Source: Candidatus Woesebacteria bacterium RIFCSPHIGHO2_02_FULL_42_20
Lineage (GTDB): Bacteria; Patescibacteriota; Microgenomatia; UBA8517
Length of the DNA: 47,694 nucleotides
Assembly: GCA_001792535.1 (NCBI GenBank)
Contig: MGGS01000001.1
Coordinates: forward strand, 1-47,694
Direction: 5' to 3'
Shown here: positions 1 through 9,968 of the stretch, in pieces
Layout: each line of letters opens with the position of its first letter
Position numbering within the stretch: position 1 is the stretch's first letter
Notes under the pieces: generated by a model
Seen by the model: only the letters and a program-made list of their open reading frames with translations
Told to the model about the DNA's origin: nothing
The model's database searches: none
Position numbers and translations under genes: made by a program

Positions 1-2
1 TA

Positions 3-335
3 CTTAAAAAAGGGGGTTATCTTGTTTTAAACGTGCCGGCACACATGATCCTTTACAGTAAGGTTGATAAAAATTTGGGCCATTATAGAAGATACACTAC
101 TAAACATCTGGAGAGTGTGTTGAGCACGGCAAGCTGCGAGATAGTGAAAGTACTCTACATAAACTGGTGGGCAGCTTTAGGTTGGTGGCTGTTTGTAAAG
201 GTTTTGAAGCTGGAAAGTATCCCAAAAGATAAAGTTTCGTTATTTAATTTCTTTGGTAAATATTTACTTTGGATTGAGAAATTCGTTTCCATGCCCTTTG
301 GTTTGTCGGTGTTTGCGGTTGCCAAAAAATTATGA
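3..335 (+). CDS. Class I SAM-dependent methyltransferase, C-terminal part (5' truncated by window)
   Basis: Frame is open from the window start: LKKGGYLVLNVPAHMILYSKVDKNLGHYRRY, the typical L+PGG.L...VPA...L....D...GH.RRY tail of glycan-cluster methyltransferases; ATGA overlap with the next gene. Confidence 0.75.
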   Translation, partial: LKKGGYLVLNVPAHMILYSKVDKNLGHYRRYTTKHLESVLSTASCEIVKVLYINWWAALGWWLFVKVLKLESIPKDKVSLFNFFGKYLLWIEKFVSMPFGLSVFAVAKKL

Positions 336-1036
336 AACTTACTGTAATTATTCCAGTCTTTAATGAAGAGAATACAATTTCTGAACTGATTGAAAAAGTA
401 AAATTGGCAAAATTGCCCGAGTATCTAAGTCGCGAAATTATAGTTGTCGATGATGGGTCGGGTGATCGAACTGCAAAAAAAATCAAAAAAATTTCCGGAG
501 TTCGTTTTTTTGCACATAAGAAAAACTATGGAAAAGGCGCTGCAATTAAAACCGCAATGAGCAAGGCTAGGGGAGACATTGTTTTGATTCAGGATGCGGA
601 TCTGGAGTATGACCCCAGCGACTATAAAAGACTTATTGCACCGATTCTTAAAAAGGAGGCAGAAGTCGTTTACGGTTCACGCTTCAAGAATTTAAAATTT
701 GCTCTGGTTGGGAAAAACAAAACTCCGCTACCTTTTCATTTTGTCGGAAACAAAGTGTTGACGGCTCTTACAAATTTGCTTTACGGTTCCAAGTTAACGG
801 ATATGGAAACATGTTACAAAGTTTTTAAAAAAGTGATTGTTTCCCCGGAGGAAATAAAGGCTGACAGATTTGACTTCGAGCCGGAGTTTACAGCAAAAGT
901 GCTTAAAAAAGGAATAAAGATTGTCGAGGTCCCGATAACCGTTTCACCTAGAAGCTACAGTGAGGGCAAAAAAATTACCTGGCGCGATGGCTTAATTGCA
1001 ATAAAAGTATTGTTGAGAGAGAGTTTTGGCAAATGA
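332..1036 (+). CDS. GT2 glycosyltransferase, DPM1-like polyprenol-phosphate sugar synthase
   Basis: IIPVFNEE, VVDDGSGD, NYGKGAA, IQDADLEYDP, VVYGSRF, LTDMETCYK and FDFEPE motifs. Confidence 0.9.
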   Translation: MKLTVIIPVFNEENTISELIEKVKLAKLPEYLSREIIVVDDGSGDRTAKKIKKISGVRFFAHKKNYGKGAAIKTAMSKARGDIVLIQDADLEYDPSDYKRLIAPILKKEAEVVYGSRFKNLKFALVGKNKTPLPFHFVGNKVLTALTNLLYGSKLTDMETCYKVFKKVIVSPEEIKADRFDFEPEFTAKVLKKGIKIVEVPITVSPRSYSEGKKITWRDGLIAIKVLLRESFGK

Positions 1037-2103
1037 AAATTGCAATTTTGAGTTTTTACAGTGGAAGCAGCGAGAGGGGAGTTGAAAATTGGACTCAAGA
1101 GATTGCGGGCAAGCTTTCTGTTAATCATAAGGTAGTTGTCTATCAACGTACTAGTACAGTAGGACAAAGTTACGGAGTAGAGGTTGTAAAAGTAGGTTTC
1201 AATGACAGTTATGCCACAAATCAATTAGGTATAGCAAGGAGGTTTTTTATTGATTACGCGAGTCTGAAAATTGCATGGTTCACACTTAAGTGTTTCCCTA
1301 AGTTATTCAAGAAGGGTTATGACATTGTTGTTCCTACGAATGGCGGTTGGCAATCCGCGATGATGAGATTATTTACATGGTTGACTGGGGCGAAAATGGT
1401 TATAGTTGGCCATTCTGGTATTGGTTGGGATGACAGAAACAATTTGTGGTGCTTTCCGGATACATTTGTTGCCCTGTCAACAGTAGCAAAAGACTGGGCG
1501 ATCAGAGTGACCCCTTTTAAAAGTGTAGTTGTAATACCAGATGGGGTAGACTTGAGAAAATTTGGTAAAAGTGGCCCAAAAGTAAAAATCGGGACGGAAA
1601 GGCCGATTGTTCTTCTTGTTGCCGCACTTGAAGAAAGTAAAAGAATTGGCTTGGCAATTAAAGCAGTTAGCAAAATGAAGAAGGGGAGCTTGTTGGTTTT
1701 GGGTGGGGGTTCCAAGGAAAAAGATATCATGGCTTTAGGAACGAGGATATTAGGTAATAGATTCAAAATGATGAAAGTAAGTTACCAAAATATCCAAGAA
1801 TATTACAGGGCTGTTGACGTTTTCACGCTCCCCTCTTGGGGTAGGGAAGCTTTCGGGATGGTTTATTTGGAAGCAATGGCTTGCGGGCTTCCGGTAGTCG
1901 CAACAGATGATGACTTAAGAAGAGAAATTGTCGGCGATGCAGGTATATTAGTTGATCCCACCATCGTCGAAGATTATACAAAAGCTTTGGAGGAATGTGC
2001 TGGCGAGGATTGGGGGAATAAACCTCGGATACAAGCTGAAAAGTTTGGATGGGATAAGGTTAGTCGGATGTATGAAGATCTATTTTTGAAACTAGCAGCA
2101 TGA
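1033..2103 (+). CDS. GT4 glycosyltransferase
   Basis: IPDGVD and EAFGMVYLEAMACGLPVV (EX7E) motifs. Confidence 0.9.
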   Translation: MKIAILSFYSGSSERGVENWTQEIAGKLSVNHKVVVYQRTSTVGQSYGVEVVKVGFNDSYATNQLGIARRFFIDYASLKIAWFTLKCFPKLFKKGYDIVVPTNGGWQSAMMRLFTWLTGAKMVIVGHSGIGWDDRNNLWCFPDTFVALSTVAKDWAIRVTPFKSVVVIPDGVDLRKFGKSGPKVKIGTERPIVLLVAALEESKRIGLAIKAVSKMKKGSLLVLGGGSKEKDIMALGTRILGNRFKMMKVSYQNIQEYYRAVDVFTLPSWGREAFGMVYLEAMACGLPVVATDDDLRREIVGDAGILVDPTIVEDYTKALEECAGEDWGNKPRIQAEKFGWDKVSRMYEDLFLKLAA

Positions 2104-2942
2104 AAGTCTCTGTAATAATTCCCGTTTATAACGAAGAAAAAAATATACTCGATTGTATAAAGTCACTGTCTAAACAAACAATGAAAGACTTTGAGGTCAT
2201 TGTTGTTGATGATGGATCAATCGATGGCAGTTTAGCTGCCATGCGGAATTTTCAATTTTCAAATTTCAATTTTCAAATACTGGAGCAAAAACACAAAGGA
2301 GCAGGAGCTGCAAGGAATTTGGGGGCAAGAAATGCAAGTGGTGACATATTAGTTTTTGTAGATGCGGATATGACTTTTGACCGGAACTTCGTGAAAATGC
2401 TCGTGAAACCTATAACCAAGAGAAAGACAATCGGTACATTCAGTAAAGAAGAGTATTTGGCGAACCCGGATAACATTTGGGCTAGGTGCTGGAATTATAA
2501 CCGCGGGCTTCCGCCGGAAGCTATGCACCCTGCAAGTTATCCCGATGCTCAAAAAGTATTTAGGGCAATACTTAAGCCTGAATTCGACAAAGCAGGCGGG
2601 TTCGATGAAAACGTTGGTTATACAGATGATTACTCTCTATCTGACAAGTTAGGGGAAAAAGCTGTTGTTGCAAAAGGCGCAGTTTCGTATCATAAAAACC
2701 CGGATTCTTTAAAAACCGTGTTTGTGCATTCCAAGTGGATGGCAAAAAGAAGATATAAGTTATGGGGTTTTGGTTACTTGGTTGGATTGCTTCGCGTCAG
2801 TCCCCCGTTGTCATTTGGCAATGCAATTATAAAGTCGGTTATTTTTAGGCTGCCACTATTTTTCGTGTTTAAGTTGGTTTCAGACCTTGGCCAATTTATT
2901 GGCATTTTAGAGTACGTTTTATATGGAAAAACTTCGAAATAA
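2100..2942 (+). CDS. GT2 glycosyltransferase
   Basis: VSVIIPVYNEE, VVDDGSIDGS, GAGAARNLG, FVDAD, GGFDE motifs. Confidence 0.9.
   Translation: MKVSVIIPVYNEEKNILDCIKSLSKQTMKDFEVIVVDDGSIDGSLAAMRNFQFSNFNFQILEQKHKGAGAARNLGARNASGDILVFVDADMTFDRNFVKMLVKPITKRKTIGTFSKEEYLANPDNIWARCWNYNRGLPPEAMHPASYPDAQKVFRAILKPEFDKAGGFDENVGYTDDYSLSDKLGEKAVVAKGAVSYHKNPDSLKTVFVHSKWMAKRRYKLWGFGYLVGLLRVSPPLSFGNAIIKSVIFRLPLFFVFKLVSDLGQFIGILEYVLYGKTSK
2247..2278. repeat. Heptamer tandem repeat (AATTTTC-type, about 4.5 units) inside the GT2 gene
   Basis: AATTTTC AATTTTC AAATTTC AATTTTC AAAT, read as NFQFSNFNFQI. Confidence 0.9.
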
Positions 2943-4320
2943 CTTTCCCTTTTTGGTTATAATACTTTCCTTGGTTTTAAGGTTAGTGGTGATAAACCAA
3001 TCGTTGTGGCTTGATGAAGCAATAGGGGCAATTGCTGCACGCGACTTTTCCTACTCCAAAATCCTGAGAGAGTTTATGTTATCTGACAATCACCCACCGC
3101 TTTATTATTTATTTCTTAAGGCTTGGGTTTCACTCTTCGGTTTTTCTGAAGTTTCACTCCGCATGCCTTCTGTATTGTTTGGTGTTGGCACAATTTATCT
3201 GGTATATAAGATTTCAAAAAGTTTGAAAATTGGAAATTGGAAATTGGTAATTATTATGTTGGCAACTTCACCTTTACATGTATATTATTCTCAAGAAGCA
3301 AGAATGTATTCTATGGCAGCCTTTTTCGCTGCAAGTACTGTTTACTTTTTCGTAAGACAAAAATGGATTTTCTTTTCTTTAGCTATTTTAGTTTTAGCCT
3401 TTACTGACTATATGCCCTGGTTCATGTTCCCAGTATTTCCGATTTATGGTTTTGTTAAACATAAATCAAAGGCTTGGTTTGGCTCTCTTATGATTTCTTT
3501 TGTCCCGCTTTTTGTTGGCTTACTTTTCTGGGTTCCGATTTTCATTATTCAGTACTGGAAAGGTGATTGGCTGCTTTCGACTCTGCCGGCTTGGCGTGAC
3601 TTGGTGGGAGGTGCCAATCTAAAACAACTAGTTCTTGTTTGGACAAAATTTGTGCTGGGTAGACTATCTTTTCTAAACAGGTTAATTTACTACTCGGTAG
3701 TTGGTCTTGCGTCCATTCCTTTCGCCGTTGCTTTAAAAGATGCTTGGAAGGTACGAAAGAAGGTTTTTTTAACCTGGCTTTGGCTTTTGGTACCATTGGT
3801 TTTGGGCTTTTTGTTTTCGGTTGCTACGCCTGCCTTTTCTTACTTCAGATATGTTTATGTTCTTCCGGCTTTTTATATACTATTGGGAGCAAACTTAAAG
3901 AAAAGTATTATGTTTTTGGTCCTTTTTATTAACCTTGTGGGGCTTTCTATATATTATTTAAACCCCAGACAGCAGCGTGAAAATTGGCGAGGTGCAGTAA
4001 GTTTCGTTGAAACCAGAATTCGGGAGGGTGAAATTGTTCTTTTTCACAACCCTGAACCTTTTGCACCCTACAGATGGTATGCAAAAAAGCCTATTGCTTT
4101 CGGCGCAACAAATTCTATATCGGCTTCAAGAGAAGAAACTTTATGCAAGACAAAAGGATTGATAAGCGGGCATGATGCGGTTTACTTGTTTGAATATCTT
4201 AAAGCTGTTGAAGATCCGCAAAATTTTATTGGCAGTGCTTTAAACAAAGACGGTTTTGAGAAAGTTGCTAAATTCGACTTTTTGGGGGTGGGGTTTGTAG
4301 AATATTGGAAGAGAATATGA
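2923..4320 (+). CDS. GT-C membrane glycosyltransferase (PMT_2/ArnT-like)
   Basis: SLWLDEA, DNHPPLYY, SEVSLRMPS, YYSQEARMYS motifs; many hydrophobic segments. Confidence 0.85.
   Translation: MEKLRNNFPFLVIILSLVLRLVVINQSLWLDEAIGAIAARDFSYSKILREFMLSDNHPPLYYLFLKAWVSLFGFSEVSLRMPSVLFGVGTIYLVYKISKSLKIGNWKLVIIMLATSPLHVYYSQEARMYSMAAFFAASTVYFFVRQKWIFFSLAILVLAFTDYMPWFMFPVFPIYGFVKHKSKAWFGSLMISFVPLFVGLLFWVPIFIIQYWKGDWLLSTLPAWRDLVGGANLKQLVLVWTKFVLGRLSFLNRLIYYSVVGLASIPFAVALKDAWKVRKKVFLTWLWLLVPLVLGFLFSVATPAFSYFRYVYVLPAFYILLGANLKKSIMFLVLFINLVGLSIYYLNPRQQRENWRGAVSFVETRIREGEIVLFHNPEPFAPYRWYAKKPIAFGATNSISASREETLCKTKGLISGHDAVYLFEYLKAVEDPQNFIGSALNKDGFEKVAKFDFLGVGFVEYWKRI
3223..3252. repeat. Heptamer tandem repeat (TTGGAAA-type, 4 units) inside the GT-C gene
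   Basis: TTGAAAA TTGGAAA TTGGAAA TTGGTAA TT; its reverse complement is AATTTCC/AATTTTC-like. Confidence 0.8.
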
Positions 4321-5669
4321 AAAAAATTCTGGCCTTAATTATAATAATCCACCTTTTTGTGTTGACACGGATCACCTTCTTTCCCAATTCCGAAATGTTT
4401 ATTTATCCATACTTGACCAATAAAGGTTTATTACCCTATAAGCAAATCTTAGACCAGCATTTCCCGGGACTTCTTTTCTTGCCTGTCAATTTTGACAACT
4501 TGGGGATGAGAACTCCCCAAGCTGCTCTTCTTTGGCAGATGGCCGCAGTTGCCCTGACTCACCTTTTTGTATTTATCCTATCCCAAAAAGTATTAGATAA
4601 AAGGAAGTTTATACTTCTCCCTAGCCTTCTTTATCTTATTTGGCAACCGTTTTTTGAAGGGTTTATACAGTGGCTTGATGTTTTTTTGCCACTATTTTTA
4701 ATTTCTTCAGCTTACTTCCTTTTGAAGTATATCGACGCTCCCAAAAAAGTGAAGTATTTAGAGATTTCGGGTCTGGTTTTAGGATTGGGAATTATTTTTA
4801 AACAAGTGTTGATTCCGGTTGTTTTATTGGTTGGTTTATATCTCTTTATCAAAAATGGTGCGAAAATCGCCTCTATTTTTATCTTGTCTACATTGCTCCC
4901 TGTTTTACTGATGTTATTGTATTTGTCGTTAATTGGAGTTTTAAATGATTTTTTTTACTGGACTGTAACTTATAACCTGACAACTTTTGCCGATTACGGA
5001 AGAAAATGGGTTCCTTCTCTTTCTCACTTTATTCGCTTTGCTTTTGTGTTCGGTGCCGGTTTGTCGGGTTGGTTTTTAGGTTTCAAAACCAGGAAAGTGT
5101 TTTTGACCGGGCTTTACGGCGTCGGTGCGCTGTCAGCTGTTTACGCAAGGTTTGATTTTGTTCATCTACAACCCGCCTTACCTTTTGTGGTTATTCTAAC
5201 AACCTACGCTGTTACGAGACTTAAGAATCGGCTTGTTGTCTACTTTGGACTGTGCTATTTGTTTGTTGCGTTTATTTGGGGAGTAAAATTTTATCGGGGA
5301 AACTGGAACGGAAATATTACTTTTTTTGACGACAATGTGTATAGAGTAGCTAGTGTAGTAAGAGGAAGAATTCGTCCCGGATCTAAAATTTTTGTATACG
5401 GTGCGCCGGCGCATTTATATCAAATGACACAAACTTTACCTGCCGGAAATGTGTTTATTTTTCAGTTTCCGTGGTTTATGCGTGTTAGCCAGGATAGGAT
5501 CCTCACTGGAATTATTGTGGACAAGCCTGAGATAATAATTGCTGATAGAACTGTTTCGGTAGATAGCCAAAAACTGCTGGATTATACGGGAGGCATCAAC
5601 GCTTATATTTCGAAATATTATCAAACCACGGAAGTTATTGGGAATTATGAGATTTTAGAAAGGAGATGA
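4317..5669 (+). CDS. Polytopic membrane protein, probable GT-C glycosyltransferase
   Basis: Many TM segments, loop PYKQILDQHFPG, GLGIIFKQ motif, soluble C-terminal domain; start placed at the ATG overlapping the upstream TGA. Confidence 0.7.
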   Translation: MKKILALIIIIHLFVLTRITFFPNSEMFIYPYLTNKGLLPYKQILDQHFPGLLFLPVNFDNLGMRTPQAALLWQMAAVALTHLFVFILSQKVLDKRKFILLPSLLYLIWQPFFEGFIQWLDVFLPLFLISSAYFLLKYIDAPKKVKYLEISGLVLGLGIIFKQVLIPVVLLVGLYLFIKNGAKIASIFILSTLLPVLLMLLYLSLIGVLNDFFYWTVTYNLTTFADYGRKWVPSLSHFIRFAFVFGAGLSGWFLGFKTRKVFLTGLYGVGALSAVYARFDFVHLQPALPFVVILTTYAVTRLKNRLVVYFGLCYLFVAFIWGVKFYRGNWNGNITFFDDNVYRVASVVRGRIRPGSKIFVYGAPAHLYQMTQTLPAGNVFIFQFPWFMRVSQDRILTGIIVDKPEIIIADRTVSVDSQKLLDYTGGINAYISKYYQTTEVIGNYEILERR

Positions 5670-6763
5670 AGATGAAGATCGGAATTGACATTTCGCCCAT
5701 AATTTATGAAAGCGGCGTTTCCTGGTATACCTGGCATTTGGTCAAGAATTTACTTAGGGTAGACAAAAGTAATGAATACCTCCTGTTTGGTGGCTCATTA
5801 CGCCGCACCAATGATTTATTGGACAAAATCCAGAAGTTGAGAGGTAAGTTTAAGATAAGTTTCTATCCAATTCCACCGACTGTGGCTGATTTTTTATGGA
5901 ACAAGTTGCACTTGCTCAATATTGAATCTGTTGTAGGTAGCCTAGACGTGTTTCATTCGTCAGATTGGTCTCAACCGCCTTCTAACGCTTTCAAAGTAAC
6001 TACAATTCATGACCTTTCGCCAATTACTTATCCAGGTCTAACTGATGAGAAAGTCATAAAAAATACTCAAAGAAGGCTCAAGTGGATAGTTAAGGAGGTC
6101 GATAGGATAATTGTGCCATCCCAAAGTACAAAAAGGGACCTTTTACATTATGGAGTTAAGGAGGCTAAAGTAAAGGTGATTTCGGAGGCCTCGAACGTTG
6201 ACGGGCCTGCAAGTCAGGTGAAGGTGGATAGTTTTAAAAGAAAATATGCCATCGTAGGCGAGTACTTACTGGGTGTAGGAGTCAGCCCACGCAAAAATAC
6301 AAAAAGGCTGATTGCCGCTTACCGGAAAGTTCTTAATATACTGTTGCCAAAAAAGAAGATAAATATGGTTTTTGTAGGCGAAAAATGGCTTGAGATATCC
6401 GATACCCACAATATTATTTTTACCGGCCACATTAGCAATGAAGAGTTGCAAGCCGCATACAGCGGGGCCAAGGTGTTAGTTTATGCTTCTATTTGCGAGG
6501 GCTTTGGCATTCCTATATTGGATGCATATGCATGCGGTTGCCCCGTAGTTACATCAAATATTTCCAGTATGCCGGAAGTTGCCAGTGGCGCGGCTGTATT
6601 AGTAAATCCGTTTGATGTGGATTCGATTGCAAAAGGATTACTTAAAGCTATGCAAAATAGCGAAGACCTAGTCAAACGTGGTAGATCCGTAAATAAAAGG
6701 TTCTCTTGGGAGGAAGTTGCTAGGCAAACTCTGGACGTCTACAATGAAGCTCACGAGTTATGA
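5666..6763 (+). CDS. GT4 glycosyltransferase (mannosyltransferase-like)
   Basis: MKIGID, TTIHDL, PRKN, EGFGIPILDAYACGCPVVTSNISSMPEV. Confidence 0.9.
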   Translation: MKMKIGIDISPIIYESGVSWYTWHLVKNLLRVDKSNEYLLFGGSLRRTNDLLDKIQKLRGKFKISFYPIPPTVADFLWNKLHLLNIESVVGSLDVFHSSDWSQPPSNAFKVTTIHDLSPITYPGLTDEKVIKNTQRRLKWIVKEVDRIIVPSQSTKRDLLHYGVKEAKVKVISEASNVDGPASQVKVDSFKRKYAIVGEYLLGVGVSPRKNTKRLIAAYRKVLNILLPKKKINMVFVGEKWLEISDTHNIIFTGHISNEELQAAYSGAKVLVYASICEGFGIPILDAYACGCPVVTSNISSMPEVASGAAVLVNPFDVDSIAKGLLKAMQNSEDLVKRGRSVNKRFSWEEVARQTLDVYNEAHEL

Positions 6764-7896
6764 TCATAGGAATCGACGGTAACGAAGCTAATGTAAAAGA
6801 GAGAGTAGGTATAAATGTTTATGCATTTGAAATTATATGGGGACTTTATAATTTGGTTAAAAATTCCCGAAAGAAATGTAGACTTATAGTATATCTGAAA
6901 TCCGGGGCCCGAGATGATTTACCCAAAGAAGATAAACATATTTCGTACAAAGTACTGCATGGCGGTAAATTATGGATACTGACCAAGCTTACTCCTCACC
7001 TATCTTTTGTGAGGAGTGAACGACTGGATGTTTTCTTTACCCCCAGCCATTATTTGCCAGCTTTGGTAGGTGTTCCCTTGGTATTTTCCGTGATGGACCT
7101 AGGGTATCTCGAATTCTCGGGACAATTTAGAAAAAGGGACTATTGGCAGTTAAAGATCTGGACTGCTATTTCGATATATATATCAAAGTATATCATTACA
7201 ATTTCAGAAAGTACTATGAATGATATTGTACGACATTATCCCAAAGCTTCCAATAAGGTGCGAGTTACGCTTCTGGCGTACGACAGATACCTGTATAATA
7301 CAGACATATCTCAAAAAGTTGTGCGACGAGCGACGAAAAAATACCTTATAGTAGGTGATTACCTACTTTTTATGGGTACACTAAAGCCTAGTAAAAACAT
7401 TGAAGGGTTATTGGATGCTTGGTCACAAGTGATACAGGAGCATAAAGGAATTAAGTTGGTAATTGCCGGTAAGAAAGGGTGGCTTTTCGATGAAATTTTT
7501 AAAAAAGTTGAAAAACTTGATATTGACGGGTCTGTTATTTTTACAGACTTTGTTCCGGAGAAAGACAAGCGGTATCTAATAAAGGGTGCCAAAGCATTGA
7601 TACTGCCTTCTTTTTGGGAGGGCTTTGGCCTGGATCCGCTTTATGCCATGGCAGTCGGCACCCCGGTAATTGTTAGTAAAGTCGCCAGTATACCCCAGGT
7701 AGTTGGTGATGCGGGTATATATTTTAACCCCTATGACAAAAATGACATTGCAGATTCTATTAAAAAGCTACTGTCTATGTCGCAGTTAAGTTATAATAAG
7801 CTTGTTGCAAAGGGTTTAGCCCAAGCAGATAAGTTTTCCTGGCTGAAAACAGCAAATGAAACTTTTAAGGTTTTAGAGGCAGCTAGTCAAAAATAA
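6760..7896 (+). CDS. GT4 glycosyltransferase (mannosyltransferase-like)
   Basis: MIIGIDG, GTLKPSKN, EGFGLDPLYAMAVGTPV. Confidence 0.9.
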   Translation: MIIGIDGNEANVKERVGINVYAFEIIWGLYNLVKNSRKKCRLIVYLKSGARDDLPKEDKHISYKVLHGGKLWILTKLTPHLSFVRSERLDVFFTPSHYLPALVGVPLVFSVMDLGYLEFSGQFRKRDYWQLKIWTAISIYISKYIITISESTMNDIVRHYPKASNKVRVTLLAYDRYLYNTDISQKVVRRATKKYLIVGDYLLFMGTLKPSKNIEGLLDAWSQVIQEHKGIKLVIAGKKGWLFDEIFKKVEKLDIDGSVIFTDFVPEKDKRYLIKGAKALILPSFWEGFGLDPLYAMAVGTPVIVSKVASIPQVVGDAGIYFNPYDKNDIADSIKKLLSMSQLSYNKLVAKGLAQADKFSWLKTANETFKVLEAASQK

Positions 7897-7897
7897 T

Positions 7898-8539
7898 ATG
7901 CTATATTCTCAAAATTTACATTTCACAAAAAACGGGCTGGTTTTCACTGACAAAAACGGAAACAAATTATCCATGAATACTGCCGTGAAAAAAGGCCTTC
8001 AGCGGGTTTTTAGCTGGATGATAGATTTTAAATTGTTCATAATTCATGGTGTGAGTTTGCATTTACCTCTTTGGTCAGTAAGAAAGGCAATTTTTAGCCT
8101 GTTCGGTGTAAAAATCGGCAAAGGGAGCATAATTCATATGGGTTGCAAATTTTTTGAACCAAGCGGGGTTGAGATTGGCCAAGATACTGTAGTTGGTGAA
8201 GGAGCGTTTCTTGATGGTAGAGCCAAACTCGTTGTTGGCAATCATGTTGCTGTTGCGTCCCAAGTACTTATTTATAATTCGGAGCACGATATAAGTTCGG
8301 ATACATTTGAAGCAACAAACGCACCTGTTGCAATCGGGGACTATGTCTTTGTTGGGCCAAGGGCGATTATTCTTCCAGGCGTTTCGGTGGGTGCAGGTGC
8401 AGTTATCGCTGCGGGTGCGGTGGTGACAAAAGATGTGCCCTCGTTCGCAATAGTGGGAGGTGTCCCTGCAAAAATAATAAGCGAGCGAAAGCTAAAAGAT
8501 CCACAATATCGGCTTGGCCGTGCTCGGCTTTTTCAATGA
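7898..8539 (+). CDS. Hexapeptide-repeat sugar O-acetyltransferase
   Basis: Left-handed beta-helix repeats IGDYVFVGPRAIILPGVSVGAGAVIAAGAVVTKDV...GGVPAK. Confidence 0.9.
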   Translation: MLYSQNLHFTKNGLVFTDKNGNKLSMNTAVKKGLQRVFSWMIDFKLFIIHGVSLHLPLWSVRKAIFSLFGVKIGKGSIIHMGCKFFEPSGVEIGQDTVVGEGAFLDGRAKLVVGNHVAVASQVLIYNSEHDISSDTFEATNAPVAIGDYVFVGPRAIILPGVSVGAGAVIAAGAVVTKDVPSFAIVGGVPAKIISERKLKDPQYRLGRARLFQ

Positions 8540-9069
8540 GAAACTTATTAAAATTGATTTATGTCTTAATTTGTGTAGTTTTTATTGCTTATTTGCTTGC
8601 TCCCTCGAATAATTTTCCTATTCCCCCGCTCGATTCCGAACAGTCTGATGAGCCAGCAGACATCGAAACCCCTTATAGGAGGGCTTATTTTACAAATTCC
8701 ACCAGGAATGAAGCATTAGCGCATTACGCAAATTTTTTTGGCGGGCTGCTGCTCAACTACCCGCCTGAGGAAGCGCAAACGCTTATTCGTGATCAAACCA
8801 GAAGCTCCTATTTACAAGAGTTGGTAGTTCCGTTCCGTGAGTCGCTTTATATTAACGGGTTTATACCAACCCAGGAAAAGGATGCGATATTGATTAATGC
8901 CGTGCCGTGGAAGCAAAAAATAATAGCCAGGTTTATTCCAAGTAGCACCATTAATCGACTGGTAATCTATGTTTTAGTTTGTATTGGGTCCTGGTTTAGT
9001 ATTAAGAACTTAGCGAATTCAATTTTCAAGCTTCGCAATCAATTAACAAGACTATGGATGTATCGATAA
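8536..9069 (+). CDS. Hypothetical membrane protein (N- and C-terminal TM segments)
   Basis: 177-aa ORF overlapping both neighbours; no family recognised. Confidence 0.7.
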   Translation: MRNLLKLIYVLICVVFIAYLLAPSNNFPIPPLDSEQSDEPADIETPYRRAYFTNSTRNEALAHYANFFGGLLLNYPPEEAQTLIRDQTRSSYLQELVVPFRESLYINGFIPTQEKDAILINAVPWKQKIIARFIPSSTINRLVIYVLVCIGSWFSIKNLANSIFKLRNQLTRLWMYR

Positions 9070-9968
9070 TCATTGTTAGCTACAATACAGAGAAACTTAC
9101 GGCAAGCTGTATTAGGTCTATTGTCAAATACACGAGGGATGTTGATTACGAGATTATTGTGGTAGATAACGGGTCAACCGACGGATCTGTCGCGAAAATC
9201 TCAAATCTCAAATCTCAAATCTCAAATCTACGACTGGTTAAAAACAAAATAAATTTGGGATTTGGGCAAGCAAATAACCAGGGGATGAAAATTGCCAAAG
9301 GCGAATTTATATTACTCCTTAATTCAGACACTAAAATTTATGACAACGTGCTTGGCGACATGATCCACTGGATGAGAGCCAATCCTGATGTGGGTATCGC
9401 AAGTTGCTCACTTAGAAACAAAGACGGTAGTTTACAGCCCACCGGTGGTTACTTTCCGACAATTTTACGAGTGGTCTCTTGGATGTTATTTTTGGACGAC
9501 CTGCCTCTTTTAGGAAAACTAATCAGATCTTTTCACCCACACACTCCAGATTTTTTCGGAAAGAATCCTATTTACACAGCTGTTCAGGAATTTGATTGGT
9601 TAACAGGCGCTTTTATGCTGATAAGAAAGGATGTCATTAAAAAATCTGGTTACTTTGATGAGGATTATTTTATGTACGTGGAGGAAGTTGACCTTTGCTA
9701 TCGAATAAAAAAAGAAGGTTCGAGAATTTTATATTTACCAAAATGGTCGATAATTCATTACGGTGGTGCTAGTGGAAAAAGATCAGAATCTATTCTGGCT
9801 GAATATAGAGGAATTAAAACTTTTTATAAAAAGCACTATCCCAAATGGCAGTATCCTATCCTCAGACTATTACTTAAAATTGGTTCTGTTATCAGAATTT
9901 TACTTTTTGGTTTACTTGAAGGAAAGGAGTCGGCCGCAACTTATGCGAAGGCTTTTAAACTTGCTTGA
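9054..9968 (+). CDS. GT2 glycosyltransferase (WbbL-like)
   Basis: SIIIVSYNT, VDNGSTDGS, NLGFGQANN, LLLNSDT, FDEDYFMYVEEVDLC. Confidence 0.9.
   Translation: MDVSIIIVSYNTEKLTASCIRSIVKYTRDVDYEIIVVDNGSTDGSVAKISNLKSQISNLRLVKNKINLGFGQANNQGMKIAKGEFILLLNSDTKIYDNVLGDMIHWMRANPDVGIASCSLRNKDGSLQPTGGYFPTILRVVSWMLFLDDLPLLGKLIRSFHPHTPDFFGKNPIYTAVQEFDWLTGAFMLIRKDVIKKSGYFDEDYFMYVEEVDLCYRIKKEGSRILYLPKWSIIHYGGASGKRSESILAEYRGIKTFYKKHYPKWQYPILRLLLKIGSVIRILLFGLLEGKESAATYAKAFKLA
9196..9230. repeat. Heptamer tandem repeat (AAATCTC, 5 units) inside the GT2 gene
   Basis: Four exact AAATCTC units plus AAATCTA, read as KISNLKSQISNL. Confidence 0.95.

Noticed and set aside
2247-9230. Short repeats as a CRISPR array
   Set aside because: Units are 7 nt, contiguous, without spacers, inside genes; no cas genes are present
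9763-9942. Long upstream extensions of ORFs (also at 21530, 30751, 37178, 43331, 44551)
   Set aside because: They overlap neighbouring genes extensively; downstream ATGs fit family N-termini and gene coupling better
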